In this document: positions 7,033 through 15,400 of the stretch, piece after piece
How the letters are laid out: each line of letters opens with the position of its first letter
Position numbering within the stretch: position 1 is the stretch's first letter
Source of the DNA: a virus
Strand: one strand, 5' to 3'
Virus record (IMG/VR): IMGVR_UViG_3300029936_000040
Coordinates: 1-37,379 of that record
DNA length: 37,379 nt
Notes under the pieces: generated by a model
What the model was told of the DNA's origin: nothing
Database searches by the model: none
The model's input: the letters and a program-made list of their open reading frames with translations, nothing else
Translations under genes and position numbers: made by a program

Positions 7033-9144
7033 ATGAAGCAGAAAAGCAAAGCCGACGACGACATCATCGCCGAGGCCAACGCTCGGTACGCCCGCTGCTT
7101 GGCGTTCGAGGCGGACAATCTCAAGGAGGCGCGAGACGATTTTCAGAAGCTGGCGGGCAATCACTGGCCCGCAGACGCTGCGCAGCAGCGCGCAATCGAG
7201 CGCCGTCCGTGCATCACGATCAACAAATTGCCCGCGTTTTTGCACACGGTAACGAACGACCAGCGACAGAACAAGCTCGGCATCAAGGTTCATCCGGTCG
7301 ATGATGGCGCGGACATCAAGACGGCCGACGTGCTGCAGGGGTTGATTCGGCACGTCGAGTATGAGAGTGGCGCGGATGCCTGCTACGACACGGCTGGATT
7401 TCATGCGGCCGCCTGCGGTTTCGGGTATTTCCGTATTCGCACGGAGTACGACCGAGAAGATTCGTTTGACCAGGTGCCGCGGTTCGAGCGGTTCCGGTCT
7501 CCGTTCTCGGTGCATCCAGACCCAGACGCAAAAGAGCCTGACGGAAGCGATCAGGATTTTTGTTTTGTGGACGGCACGATCGCGCGATCCGAAGTCAAGC
7601 GCGACCATCCCGGCGCGTCGGCGGCAGTCTCGAACGAGAGCGACGGCACGGACGACGTAATGCTGCTCTGCTCGGAGTATTACCGGATCGAGCAGTCGCC
7701 GGCCGCGCTGGTGCGCCTGAGCAATGGCGAAACGGGCTGGAAAGATGACCTGATCGAACTGCCGTTCGGCGTCACGATTGTCGATGAGCGCAAGAGCAGG
7801 CGCCGAAAAGTCATGTGGTACAAGCTCTCGTCTTCTGAGTCTGTCGAGCGCGGCGCGGTCGGCATGCCAGGCAGCTCAACGACGTTCACGGATGTGCTTG
7901 AGCGCGCCGAGATTCCCTGCCGATGGATCCCGGTTTTCCCGGTCTATGGCGAGGAACTGGAGATCGACTCGAAAGTCGTTCGCTCCGGGCTGATTCGGCA
8001 CGCCAAAGGCCCGTCAGTGATGTACGACTACTGGATGACCGCGGCGACAGAGGAAGTCACACTGCGCCCGAAGACGCCATTCATCGGCGCCGAGGGGCAG
8101 TTCGAGGGACACGAAAAGAAATGGCGCGCGGCGAATGTGCAGACATTCTCCTATCTCGAATACAAGCCGAAGACGATCGGCGGACAGCTTGCTCCTGCGC
8201 CACAGCGGCAGCCGATGGCTGATATCCCGTCTGGAGTCCTGGCAATGGCCATGCACGCGGCGGACGAAATCAAAGCGACGACCGGCATTTTCGATTCGTC
8301 TCTCGGCGCCCGCGGTACGGCCACAAGCGGCATTCAGGAGCGCGAACAGAAGAGGCAAGGAAACGTCGCCAACTTCCACTTCAGCGACAACCTGACGCGC
8401 GCTGTTCGGCACGCCGGGCGCTGCCTCGTGGACATGATCCCGCGGATTTACGACACGGAGCGCGTCGTCCGCATTCTCGGCGATGACGAGAAGGTTTCGC
8501 ATACGACGATCAATCAACCGCTTGAACAACCGGAAATCGACGAGAAGACGGGCGCGATTCGCACGGTGCTGAACGATCTGACGGTCGGCAAATACGACGT
8601 GACCGTATCCGCAGGCGCCAGCTACTCGACACGCAGGCAGGAAGCTTCTGATGCGATGGTTTCGTTTGGCCAGTCCTGGCCGAAGCTCATGGACGTTGCC
8701 GGCGACAAGGTTGTCACGGCGATGGACTGGCCAGGTGCCGACGAAATCGCGGAGCGCATCAAGCGCACGATTCCGCCCGAATTGCTCGGCGACGAAGACG
8801 GCGAGGACGGCGAACAGTCGCCGCAGATTCCGCCGCAAGTGCTGCAGATCGTCCAGCAGGCACAGCAGCACATCCAACAGCTCGAAGCCGAATTGCAGGA
8901 CGCCAAGACCGGCATCGAGAAGGCGCGCATCAGCGCCGAGTCGTCCGAGCGAGTCGCACAGATCAACGCCAACGGCCGGCAGGACGTGGAAGAGCTGAAA
9001 GGCTGGATTGCGATGCTCATGCAGAGCATGCAACCGCCGCCAGCGCTCAACGCAGCAGCGATGCAGACCCAAGAACAGCAGCAAGAACCAATCGCGCAGG
9101 GGCCGGGCCAGCCTCCTGATTTCGCGCCCGGCCAAGAGTTTTGA
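7033..9144 (+). CDS. Portal protein
   Basis: 703 aa after the terminase. The N-terminal segment RRPCITINKLPAFLHTVTNDQRQNKLGIKVHP looks portal-like. The C-terminus is Gln-rich and helical (QIPPQVLQIVQQAQQHIQQLEAELQ), like P22-type portal barrels. Confidence 0.85.
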   Translation: MKQKSKADDDIIAEANARYARCLAFEADNLKEARDDFQKLAGNHWPADAAQQRAIERRPCITINKLPAFLHTVTNDQRQNKLGIKVHPVDDGADIKTADVLQGLIRHVEYESGADACYDTAGFHAAACGFGYFRIRTEYDREDSFDQVPRFERFRSPFSVHPDPDAKEPDGSDQDFCFVDGTIARSEVKRDHPGASAAVSNESDGTDDVMLLCSEYYRIEQSPAALVRLSNGETGWKDDLIELPFGVTIVDERKSRRRKVMWYKLSSSESVERGAVGMPGSSTTFTDVLERAEIPCRWIPVFPVYGEELEIDSKVVRSGLIRHAKGPSVMYDYWMTAATEEVTLRPKTPFIGAEGQFEGHEKKWRAANVQTFSYLEYKPKTIGGQLAPAPQRQPMADIPSGVLAMAMHAADEIKATTGIFDSSLGARGTATSGIQEREQKRQGNVANFHFSDNLTRAVRHAGRCLVDMIPRIYDTERVVRILGDDEKVSHTTINQPLEQPEIDEKTGAIRTVLNDLTVGKYDVTVSAGASYSTRRQEASDAMVSFGQSWPKLMDVAGDKVVTAMDWPGADEIAERIKRTIPPELLGDEDGEDGEQSPQIPPQVLQIVQQAQQHIQQLEAELQDAKTGIEKARISAESSERVAQINANGRQDVEELKGWIAMLMQSMQPPPALNAAAMQTQEQQQEPIAQGPGQPPDFAPGQEF

Positions 9145-9158
9145 TCGTGGAGCCATCC

Positions 9159-9992
9159 ATGCAGGAAGCACAAGAGCAGGACCAATCGTCGCCGGCAGAC
9201 GCAAGCAGTGAATCGCCGGAAGCCGTGACCGAGGAACTACAGCAGTCCGAGCAGCAGGAAGCCGCAGAGAAGCCCGAAGAGGGCGACGAAGGCGACGACC
9301 AAGGCGGCGAGGAAAAGCCGCAGGAGAAGCCAAAGCGCAGCGCTCGTGAGCGTATCAACGAGTTGACGAAGCGTGCGCACGAGGCAGAGCGTGAAGTGCA
9401 GAGACTGCGCGAAGCGTCCGATCGAAAGCCGGCCGAGTCCGCCGAGAAGCCAATCCCTGACAGGTTCGGTTCGTATGACGAATACGTCGAGGCGTTGGCG
9501 GACTGGAAAGCGGACCAGCGAGTCGCCGATTCGTTCAAGAAGCGCGATGCCGAGCGGGCGCAAGCGGCAGAGGCGCGGGCAGCAGAAGCCAAGGCGCAAG
9601 CCTGGCACGAGCGTCAGATCGCCTTCCGCGAAGACACGCCGGACTATGACGCGGTTATTGGCAAATCGGCCGTGCAGGTAGCGCCGCACGTCGTCGACAC
9701 GCTGCTCGACAGCGACTCTGGGCCGGAGCTTGCCTATCACCTCGCCAAACACCCGGAAACGGTCAAGCGTATCAACTCCCTTTCGCCGCTCGCCGCGGCG
9801 CGGGAAATCGGCAGGATCGAGGCAACGCTATCGAATCCGGCCGCGCCACAAATCAAACCGGCCAGCAAAGCGCCTGCGCCGATTACGCCCGTCCGATCGT
9901 CCGCTTCTGCGGCCGTCGACTTGGCATCTGCAAACATGGACCAGTACATCGCCGCACGTCGCAAACAAGGCGCGACATTCAGGCGGCGGTAA
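9159..9992 (+). CDS. Scaffolding protein
   Basis: Acidic, Glu/Gln/Ala-rich helical protein between portal and coat. GGAG at 9148-9151 sits 7 nt upstream of ATG 9159. The track start at 9141 is a TTG. Confidence 0.7.
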   Translation: MQEAQEQDQSSPADASSESPEAVTEELQQSEQQEAAEKPEEGDEGDDQGGEEKPQEKPKRSARERINELTKRAHEAEREVQRLREASDRKPAESAEKPIPDRFGSYDEYVEALADWKADQRVADSFKKRDAERAQAAEARAAEAKAQAWHERQIAFREDTPDYDAVIGKSAVQVAPHVVDTLLDSDSGPELAYHLAKHPETVKRINSLSPLAAAREIGRIEATLSNPAAPQIKPASKAPAPITPVRSSASAAVDLASANMDQYIAARRKQGATFRRR

Positions 9993-10018
9993 TCCACATC
10001 GAAACGGAGTAATAAATC

Positions 10019-11233
10019 ATGAGTAACACTTTGCTTACCAGCAGCATCCTGGCCAAAGAAACTTTGGCCGTCATTGAAAATAACTGCGCTTTCGGCGGCA
10101 TGGTCAATCGCGACTACGAAACCGTACATAGCGCGTCGATGCGGGACGGCTACGAGCCTGGAGCGACGATCAACATCCGCAAGCCGTCGCGCTATACGTA
10201 TCGGTCCGGGCGCGTCTCTGTGCCGCAGGCATCCGTCGACAACTCTGTTCCGCTGACGCTTTCGCAGGGCGGCGCGGATTTGAACTTCAACCTGTTCGAG
10301 CGCTCGCTGCAGATCACCGATCGGCGCATCCAGAAGAAGATCAACGCCGCCGCGGCGACCATCGTCAACGAGATCGACAGGGTTGGCCTGCTGCTCGCCA
10401 AGACGGCGGTCTACAACTGCTTGAACCCGTCCGGCGCTCTGCCGACGACGCAGGCGCTTTCGCTGGCGGCCATCACCGGCATCAATCAGCGCCTCGACGA
10501 AATGGGCGCGCCTCGCGACAACATGCGCGGCCTGATCATGAACCCGGCCATGAACGCGGCGACGGTTGGTGGTTTCGCCGGGCTGTTCAACGGCCAGGCA
10601 AAGCTCGGGCGGCAGTTCGACTCGGGGCTGATGGTCGATAGCCTGGGCCTGTCGTATGCGATGGACCAGAATGTCGCGGTGCATACCAACGGCGCAGCCA
10701 CTGCCACGAACATCAACGGCGCCGGCCAAACGGGGGCGGCGATTACGGTCGTTGCAGTCGCTGGCGGCACGCTGGCGGCCGGTACGGTCATCACCCTACC
10801 GGGCGTCTATGCGGTCAATCCGCAGTCGCGCGTGAGCACTGGCGTTCTGGCCGATTTCGTGGTGACTGCGGACGTTTCCGCCGCGGCCACGTCGATCCCG
10901 ATCAGTCCGGCAATCGTCACCAGTGGGCCATATCAGAACGTCACGGCTTCGCCGACGACTGGCCAGCCGTATGTGATCAAGGGCGCGGCTTCGACGTCCT
11001 ACGGCTGCAATGTGGGATTCCACGAGGACGCGTTTACCCTCGCCATGGTTCCGATGGCAACGCCTCCGGACGGCACCGGCGCGCGCGTTGAGCAAATCTC
11101 GCACAACGGTTACACGATCAAGATTACGGACTTCTACGACGGCACGAACGACAACGTAGTCACTCGTCTCGATGTGCTGTTCGGGTGGGCCGCGACGTAT
11201 CCCGAGCTGGCCTGCAAGTACTACACGGCCTAA
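10019..11233 (+). CDS. Major capsid protein (P22 gp5-like coat family)
   Basis: 404 aa. The N-terminal SSILAKETLAVIENNCAFGGMVNRDYE and C-terminal GFHEDAFTLAMVPM...RLDVLFGWA patterns are typical of P22-type coat proteins. Position after the scaffold gene also fits. Confidence 0.85.
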   Translation: MSNTLLTSSILAKETLAVIENNCAFGGMVNRDYETVHSASMRDGYEPGATINIRKPSRYTYRSGRVSVPQASVDNSVPLTLSQGGADLNFNLFERSLQITDRRIQKKINAAAATIVNEIDRVGLLLAKTAVYNCLNPSGALPTTQALSLAAITGINQRLDEMGAPRDNMRGLIMNPAMNAATVGGFAGLFNGQAKLGRQFDSGLMVDSLGLSYAMDQNVAVHTNGAATATNINGAGQTGAAITVVAVAGGTLAAGTVITLPGVYAVNPQSRVSTGVLADFVVTADVSAAATSIPISPAIVTSGPYQNVTASPTTGQPYVIKGAASTSYGCNVGFHEDAFTLAMVPMATPPDGTGARVEQISHNGYTIKITDFYDGTNDNVVTRLDVLFGWAATYPELACKYYTA

Positions 11234-11245
11234 ACGACAGCCTTT

Positions 11246-11265
11246 AACCACGGAGCGCCGTGGTT
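11246..11265 (+). other. Stem-loop just downstream of the capsid gene (possible attenuator or RNA-stability element)
   Basis: AACCACGG (11246-11253) pairs with CCGTGGTT (11258-11265) across an AGCG loop. No U-tract follows. Confidence 0.35.
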
Positions 11266-11292
11266 CTCCCCGGCGCATTTGGAGCATAGAGA

Positions 11293-12840
11293 ATGGCTAA
11301 TGTTGCTGTTACTTGCATAAAAAACGGCAGATCAGACTCTTTCGGCCGGCCGCTTGTTTCTGGAACGTATTACCCGTCTGTCGAGATTGAGACGGCAAAA
11401 GCTCTGTGGAATTCCGGGTATGTTTCCGTGGCAGATGCGTCCGTGTTCGACCAAGACCCGCTGGCCGGAACGAGTCCGCTTGACGATTTCAATATCGCCA
11501 GGGCGCTGTCTCTTTCAAGACAGCCAGAACAAACAAGCGCCAACCTCGCAGCGGAGCTTGCTGCGCTTGGTGCATATGTACAGCTTTCCCCAAAAGCAGG
11601 GTTGGCCGGTAACTATGGGTATGGCGTCGGCCCGTGTCCGTTTCGGCTGCCAGAAGGCTTTGTCCCGATGTCAGGCGTGTCGGACCCATTGTCGGATGGC
11701 TACGGAGGGTATCTGACACAGGACGGCAGTGTTATGCGTTGGCGTCCTGCCGAGTATAGGAAATGGGGAACTGGAACAAATGGGCTGGCGCTTAACTCTC
11801 TGGCCGTCCTTCCTGCAACATCAATGTCTATCGTTGAAGCTAATAATCAAGGGTTTATGCTTCCGCGCGAGTTTTACAATGCGGGAGTTGCGCAGCCTGG
11901 GTTCTTCATCGACCAATACGTTTGCTCGAAAGCACTATACCAGGGGAGGTGGATTGCAGTGTCGGTTAAGAATGCCGTATTCCTAAGCTCAAACGCTGCG
12001 AATAACCCAATATCCGCCCTTGATGGATCTCCATCCAACACGCATGCAGGATTTTTTGCAGCAGCAAAGACGCGTGGCAGCGCTTATTTCCCTGCAATTC
12101 GTGAAATGTACGCGAACTGTGCATTCTCTGCACTTGCCCACGCACAAGCAAGCCAAGGAACGGCTGCCTGTGCATGGTTTGATGGTGCAGGGACTACGAA
12201 CTTTCCAAAGGGCTGCAACTCCGTTCTAAACGACATAAATGATGGAGGTGTCACGTACACAGCATCTGGATATTCCAATGCCGGACTTACAGGGTCTGGC
12301 ACTCCATTCGCAAAGACGACACACAACGGCCAAAACTGCGGGATTTGCGACCTGGCTGGGCCTATTTGGGCGTTTAGTCCGGGCATCACTGCGCTAAGTG
12401 GTAACTATTACGCATTAAAACTATCTGTTGATATCGCCAGCCTTACGGGAGGCTCGACATTAGCCACTGATGCGTTTGGCGCTACGGGGATTGCCGCGAA
12501 TTATGATCTTATTGGCCCTACGTTCGGGGCATACCTTGGGGGGACAAGCGTATATACTTACGGGTCAGCATCTCAGGTATTCTCTGAGCAGATGTCTGGC
12601 AATGCGTGGCGGATGACAAGCCTCGGAATCCCGCTTGCGACAGGCGTTGGAGGAACAAATGCCTACGGGCAAGATGCGTTCTATGATAATCGCACTGACA
12701 ATATGGCGGTTCTGTCTGGGGGTCGCTTTAGTGCTGGTACATTGACAGGAGTTTGGGGATGTGGCAACCATTTAAATTCCACCTCTGACGCCGGGGTTGG
12801 CTTTAGATGCGCGCGCTATCTTGACGCCGGGAGCTTCTAA
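11293..12840 (+). CDS. C-type-lectin/FGE-fold protein (Mtd-like candidate receptor-binding or decoration protein) with a DGR-VR-like C-terminus
   Basis: From about 11899 the sequence reads GFFIDQYVCSK ... HNGQNCGICDLAGPIWAF ... VLSGGRFSAGTLTGVWGCGNHLNSTSDAGVGFRCARYL, which is the FGE/CLec layout ending in GFRCA. GC is visibly lower than in the flanks. Confidence 0.6.
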   Translation: MANVAVTCIKNGRSDSFGRPLVSGTYYPSVEIETAKALWNSGYVSVADASVFDQDPLAGTSPLDDFNIARALSLSRQPEQTSANLAAELAALGAYVQLSPKAGLAGNYGYGVGPCPFRLPEGFVPMSGVSDPLSDGYGGYLTQDGSVMRWRPAEYRKWGTGTNGLALNSLAVLPATSMSIVEANNQGFMLPREFYNAGVAQPGFFIDQYVCSKALYQGRWIAVSVKNAVFLSSNAANNPISALDGSPSNTHAGFFAAAKTRGSAYFPAIREMYANCAFSALAHAQASQGTAACAWFDGAGTTNFPKGCNSVLNDINDGGVTYTASGYSNAGLTGSGTPFAKTTHNGQNCGICDLAGPIWAFSPGITALSGNYYALKLSVDIASLTGGSTLATDAFGATGIAANYDLIGPTFGAYLGGTSVYTYGSASQVFSEQMSGNAWRMTSLGIPLATGVGGTNAYGQDAFYDNRTDNMAVLSGGRFSAGTLTGVWGCGNHLNSTSDAGVGFRCARYLDAGSF

Positions 12841-13286
12841 TGCTTATTAAATATCAAAAGTTTATTACCCCTGGGCCTAACGGGACGACCGTAACTGTTA
12901 ATGTTGTTGGCACAGAGCTATGCACCATCGACGGCTGGACCTACTTCTGCCCAAGCTCTGGAGTCGCTCCAACAGATCAGGATTCACGCATTCAGACGTC
13001 CATTTCTGTTGTAAACCCTGATGCTGCTCTGAAGGATGAGATCAAGAAAGCCAGCCCCCATTGTGCGCTAATCAAAAATCGCCGACAGGAGGCAATTCTT
13101 TCTGCGGGGTATGACGAGAAGGACCAACAAGCGTTTCTGCATTTTGGGGTACGGGCAGCTATTGGTCCTGCTATCGGGATGCCTTTGCTGTCTGACGGAC
13201 AGGCTGCCGCTCTTACTGCCTATGCCGCAGTCTGCCTTACTGCGGATACAGCGGCAGGAGAGGCGTACGCGGCGCTTGGGCTGTAA
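12840..13286 (+). CDS. Hypothetical protein (148 aa), part of the low-GC insert
   Basis: TAATG overlap with the upstream gene. It ends in a one-base TAATG overlap (A at 13286) with the adaptor gene start. Confidence 0.6.
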   Translation: MLIKYQKFITPGPNGTTVTVNVVGTELCTIDGWTYFCPSSGVAPTDQDSRIQTSISVVNPDAALKDEIKKASPHCALIKNRRQEAILSAGYDEKDQQAFLHFGVRAAIGPAIGMPLLSDGQAAALTAYAAVCLTADTAAGEAYAALGL

Positions 13287-13996
13287 TGACAACCGCACTT
13301 CAGCTTGTAACCTCTGCGCTGCGCAAGATAGGAGCAGTCGCGGCCGGAGAGGCGCCAGACGCGAGCGAGCAGTCGGATGCGCTGGCCGCTTTGAATCAGC
13401 TTATCGAAAGCTGGAATCTTCAAGGGCTAGCGCTATACCGGCGCGAGAATGTCGCATACTCGCTTGTTCCGAGCCAGCAGACATACACCATTGGCAACGG
13501 CGCCGACTTCGACGGCGCGCGGCCGATTACGCTGAATGGCGCCTTCGTGACGCGGGGCGGAATCGACTATCCAGTTGTTCCGCTGACACAGCAGCAGTGG
13601 AACGACATTTTGCAGAAGTCGACGGAATCGCAACTTCCGGAAGCCGTCTATTACGAGCCGACGTTTCCTGACGGAACGCTGCGGTTCTGGCCGGCTCCGC
13701 TGGAATCGCTGACGGTCACGCTGGCCATTAATATGCAACTCGGCGCGATTGCCGACATCAACGACGACATGGAATTTCCGCCAGGGTACGAGCGCGCGCT
13801 GCTCTATGCGCTCGCCGTCGATCTTGCGCCCGAATACCCGGCCGTGACTCTGAGCCAGCGAGTGATCGACGCGGCAGACGAGGCGCTGGCGGACATCAAG
13901 CGGGCGAACAACACGCAAACCCAGCCGGCCGTCTTTGACTCGGCGCTGGCCGGCGGGAGCTGCCGGTCATTGGCCGCGTTCATGGCTGGATGCTGA
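13286..13996 (+). CDS. Head-to-tail adaptor (P22 gp4-like family)
   Basis: The N-terminus LQLVTSALRKIGAVAAGEAPDASEQSDALAALNQLIESWNLQG is the pattern I associate with gp4-type adaptor proteins. Its position after the coat gene fits. Confidence 0.55.
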   Translation: MTTALQLVTSALRKIGAVAAGEAPDASEQSDALAALNQLIESWNLQGLALYRRENVAYSLVPSQQTYTIGNGADFDGARPITLNGAFVTRGGIDYPVVPLTQQQWNDILQKSTESQLPEAVYYEPTFPDGTLRFWPAPLESLTVTLAINMQLGAIADINDDMEFPPGYERALLYALAVDLAPEYPAVTLSQRVIDAADEALADIKRANNTQTQPAVFDSALAGGSCRSLAAFMAGC

Positions 13997-13999
13997 TCC

Positions 14000-14377
14000 G
14001 TGCGAATCCCGCTCGCTTCCGACATCGAAAGCCGTGACGGATCGCTGACGGCCGGCGCCATGCTCGTTAATGCGGCGGTACAGGTCGAGAGCGAGGGCGA
14101 GACGACTGCTTTCAAGCGGGCTGGCTGCATTTCGCGCGGGTCGGTCACGGCCGGCGATGCGCAGTGCTTTACGGGGGTCGCCGGGAAAGCCGTTGCAGTC
14201 GTTGGTGATCGCGCATTCACGCTTGCCGTTGGCGAGCCGATAACCGAGGATGCTGACGACGACATGGCTCCGATCTTCGCTGGCCTGCAAGTGTCCGCGC
14301 GCGAGTCCGGGCAGGCAAGCAACGCGCGCTCGCTGATGCTCAAGACCGGCCGCGAAGCATGGATTCTGACGCCATGA
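14000..14377 (+). CDS. Virion/tail accessory protein (125 aa)
   Basis: GTG start. It begins MRIPLASDI, paralogous to the start of the next gene, and sits in the tail-hub gene block. Confidence 0.55.
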   Translation: MRIPLASDIESRDGSLTAGAMLVNAAVQVESEGETTAFKRAGCISRGSVTAGDAQCFTGVAGKAVAVVGDRAFTLAVGEPITEDADDDMAPIFAGLQVSARESGQASNARSLMLKTGREAWILTP

Positions 14378-15390
14378 GACTGCCGCTCGCTACCGACCTG
14401 AAAACGGCCATCAACGACCCCGCGATAGGGGAGCGGATTTTCAACGCTCACACGGAAACGCGCGGAGGAGTCACGAGGGTCAAGAAGCGTCCAGGAGCGC
14501 TGGCTACCGGGTGGGATTTCACGACGCCCATACAGAGCGGGTTCGGCGGAACGCTGCTTTATCTGATCTACGGCGACGAATTCAGCGTGATTGACGTCAG
14601 CAGCCCTCCTCCTGCGTCAGTGGCGATAGGCGATCTTGTCGGCGGCTATTATGCGATGATCGACAACCCGCCAACGTCGCCTGGTGGCGGCGACGCGTAT
14701 TGGAGCGCATCGCCTCCTGGAAGCTCCAGGTATGTGGCGACGTTCAAGCCCGGCTATGGAATGGGCAACATCTATGGCGGCGCGAATATGTACCTGCCGC
14801 CAAGCTCTCCTGGCCCGTGGTCTGGCGAACTGCGCGGGGCTGTCGCGGCGAGTACTGCAGCAACCGTCAAGAGCTTTGACGAAACGATTACCGCGCTTGG
14901 TGGAGTTATCTGCTGGGGATCTTCTGGAGGAATACCGCCGAACGGGTCCGGGCCAACGGCGCGATATCTTCCGACGGGAATGTATGAGTCTGGCGGGGTA
15001 ATCTTGGCGGCAGACAGTCGAGTGTCGAACGCAACTGTCAACTGGACGGCTGGCTATGTCCCTTCAGCAATCCCGGCTGTCGGCTCTCCGCTCGGCTATG
15101 ATATTTTCTCTGGGCCGGCAGCGATCTTAACAAGGAAAACGAAGACGGCGGCTACGATAACATCTTCTGGAACGGTCGCAACCATTGGCGTTGGGGTTTT
15201 GAGCCCGGCAGCGATCAGCAGGCGAATCGAGGTTTCTGGCGCAAACGAGCCCGAATACAACGGGGTTTTCGACGTCTACCTGAACGCCAACCCTCTGGCC
15301 AGCACAGCCACTGGCGAGCTCTATTACGACATGACTGGAACGCCAGCGGCAAGCCCTGCGACCGGGTCTGTCACAGTCAAATACTTCTGA
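14374..15390 (+). CDS. Virion/tail protein with a C-terminal repeat module
   Basis: ATGA coupling at 14374 gives an N-terminus MRLPLATDL; the track start ATG 14359 is an alternative. The C-terminal ~75 aa (nt ~15148-15378) carry the EYNG...ATG.VT module also present twice in the next gene. Confidence 0.6.
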   Translation: MRLPLATDLKTAINDPAIGERIFNAHTETRGGVTRVKKRPGALATGWDFTTPIQSGFGGTLLYLIYGDEFSVIDVSSPPPASVAIGDLVGGYYAMIDNPPTSPGGGDAYWSASPPGSSRYVATFKPGYGMGNIYGGANMYLPPSSPGPWSGELRGAVAASTAATVKSFDETITALGGVICWGSSGGIPPNGSGPTARYLPTGMYESGGVILAADSRVSNATVNWTAGYVPSAIPAVGSPLGYDIFSGPAAILTRKTKTAATITSSGTVATIGVGVLSPAAISRRIEVSGANEPEYNGVFDVYLNANPLASTATGELYYDMTGTPAASPATGSVTVKYF

Positions 15391-15400
15391 GCAGACAACG

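Noticed and set aside
8014-9333. Large antisense ORFs inside virion and recombination genes, for example 8014-9333(-), 9737-10729(-), 18775-20262(-), 20275-21102(-), 6769-7608(-), 15467-16168(-), 30210-31217(+), 28590-29165(+), 26749-27447(+) and 27820-28407(+).
   Set aside because: These are typical shadow ORFs of high-GC DNA. They are Arg/Pro/Ala-rich low-complexity translations. Each is fully contained antisense to a gene with recognisable motifs or operon logic.
12840-13286. Avd-like accessory gene, template repeat or reverse transcriptase downstream of the VR-like terminus (a complete DGR).
   Set aside because: The 148-aa ORF does not look like a basic four-helix Avd. No YxDD-type RT ORF is in the six-frame track. 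I could find no second copy of 12718-12816 by eye. A tolerant computational repeat search is still needed.
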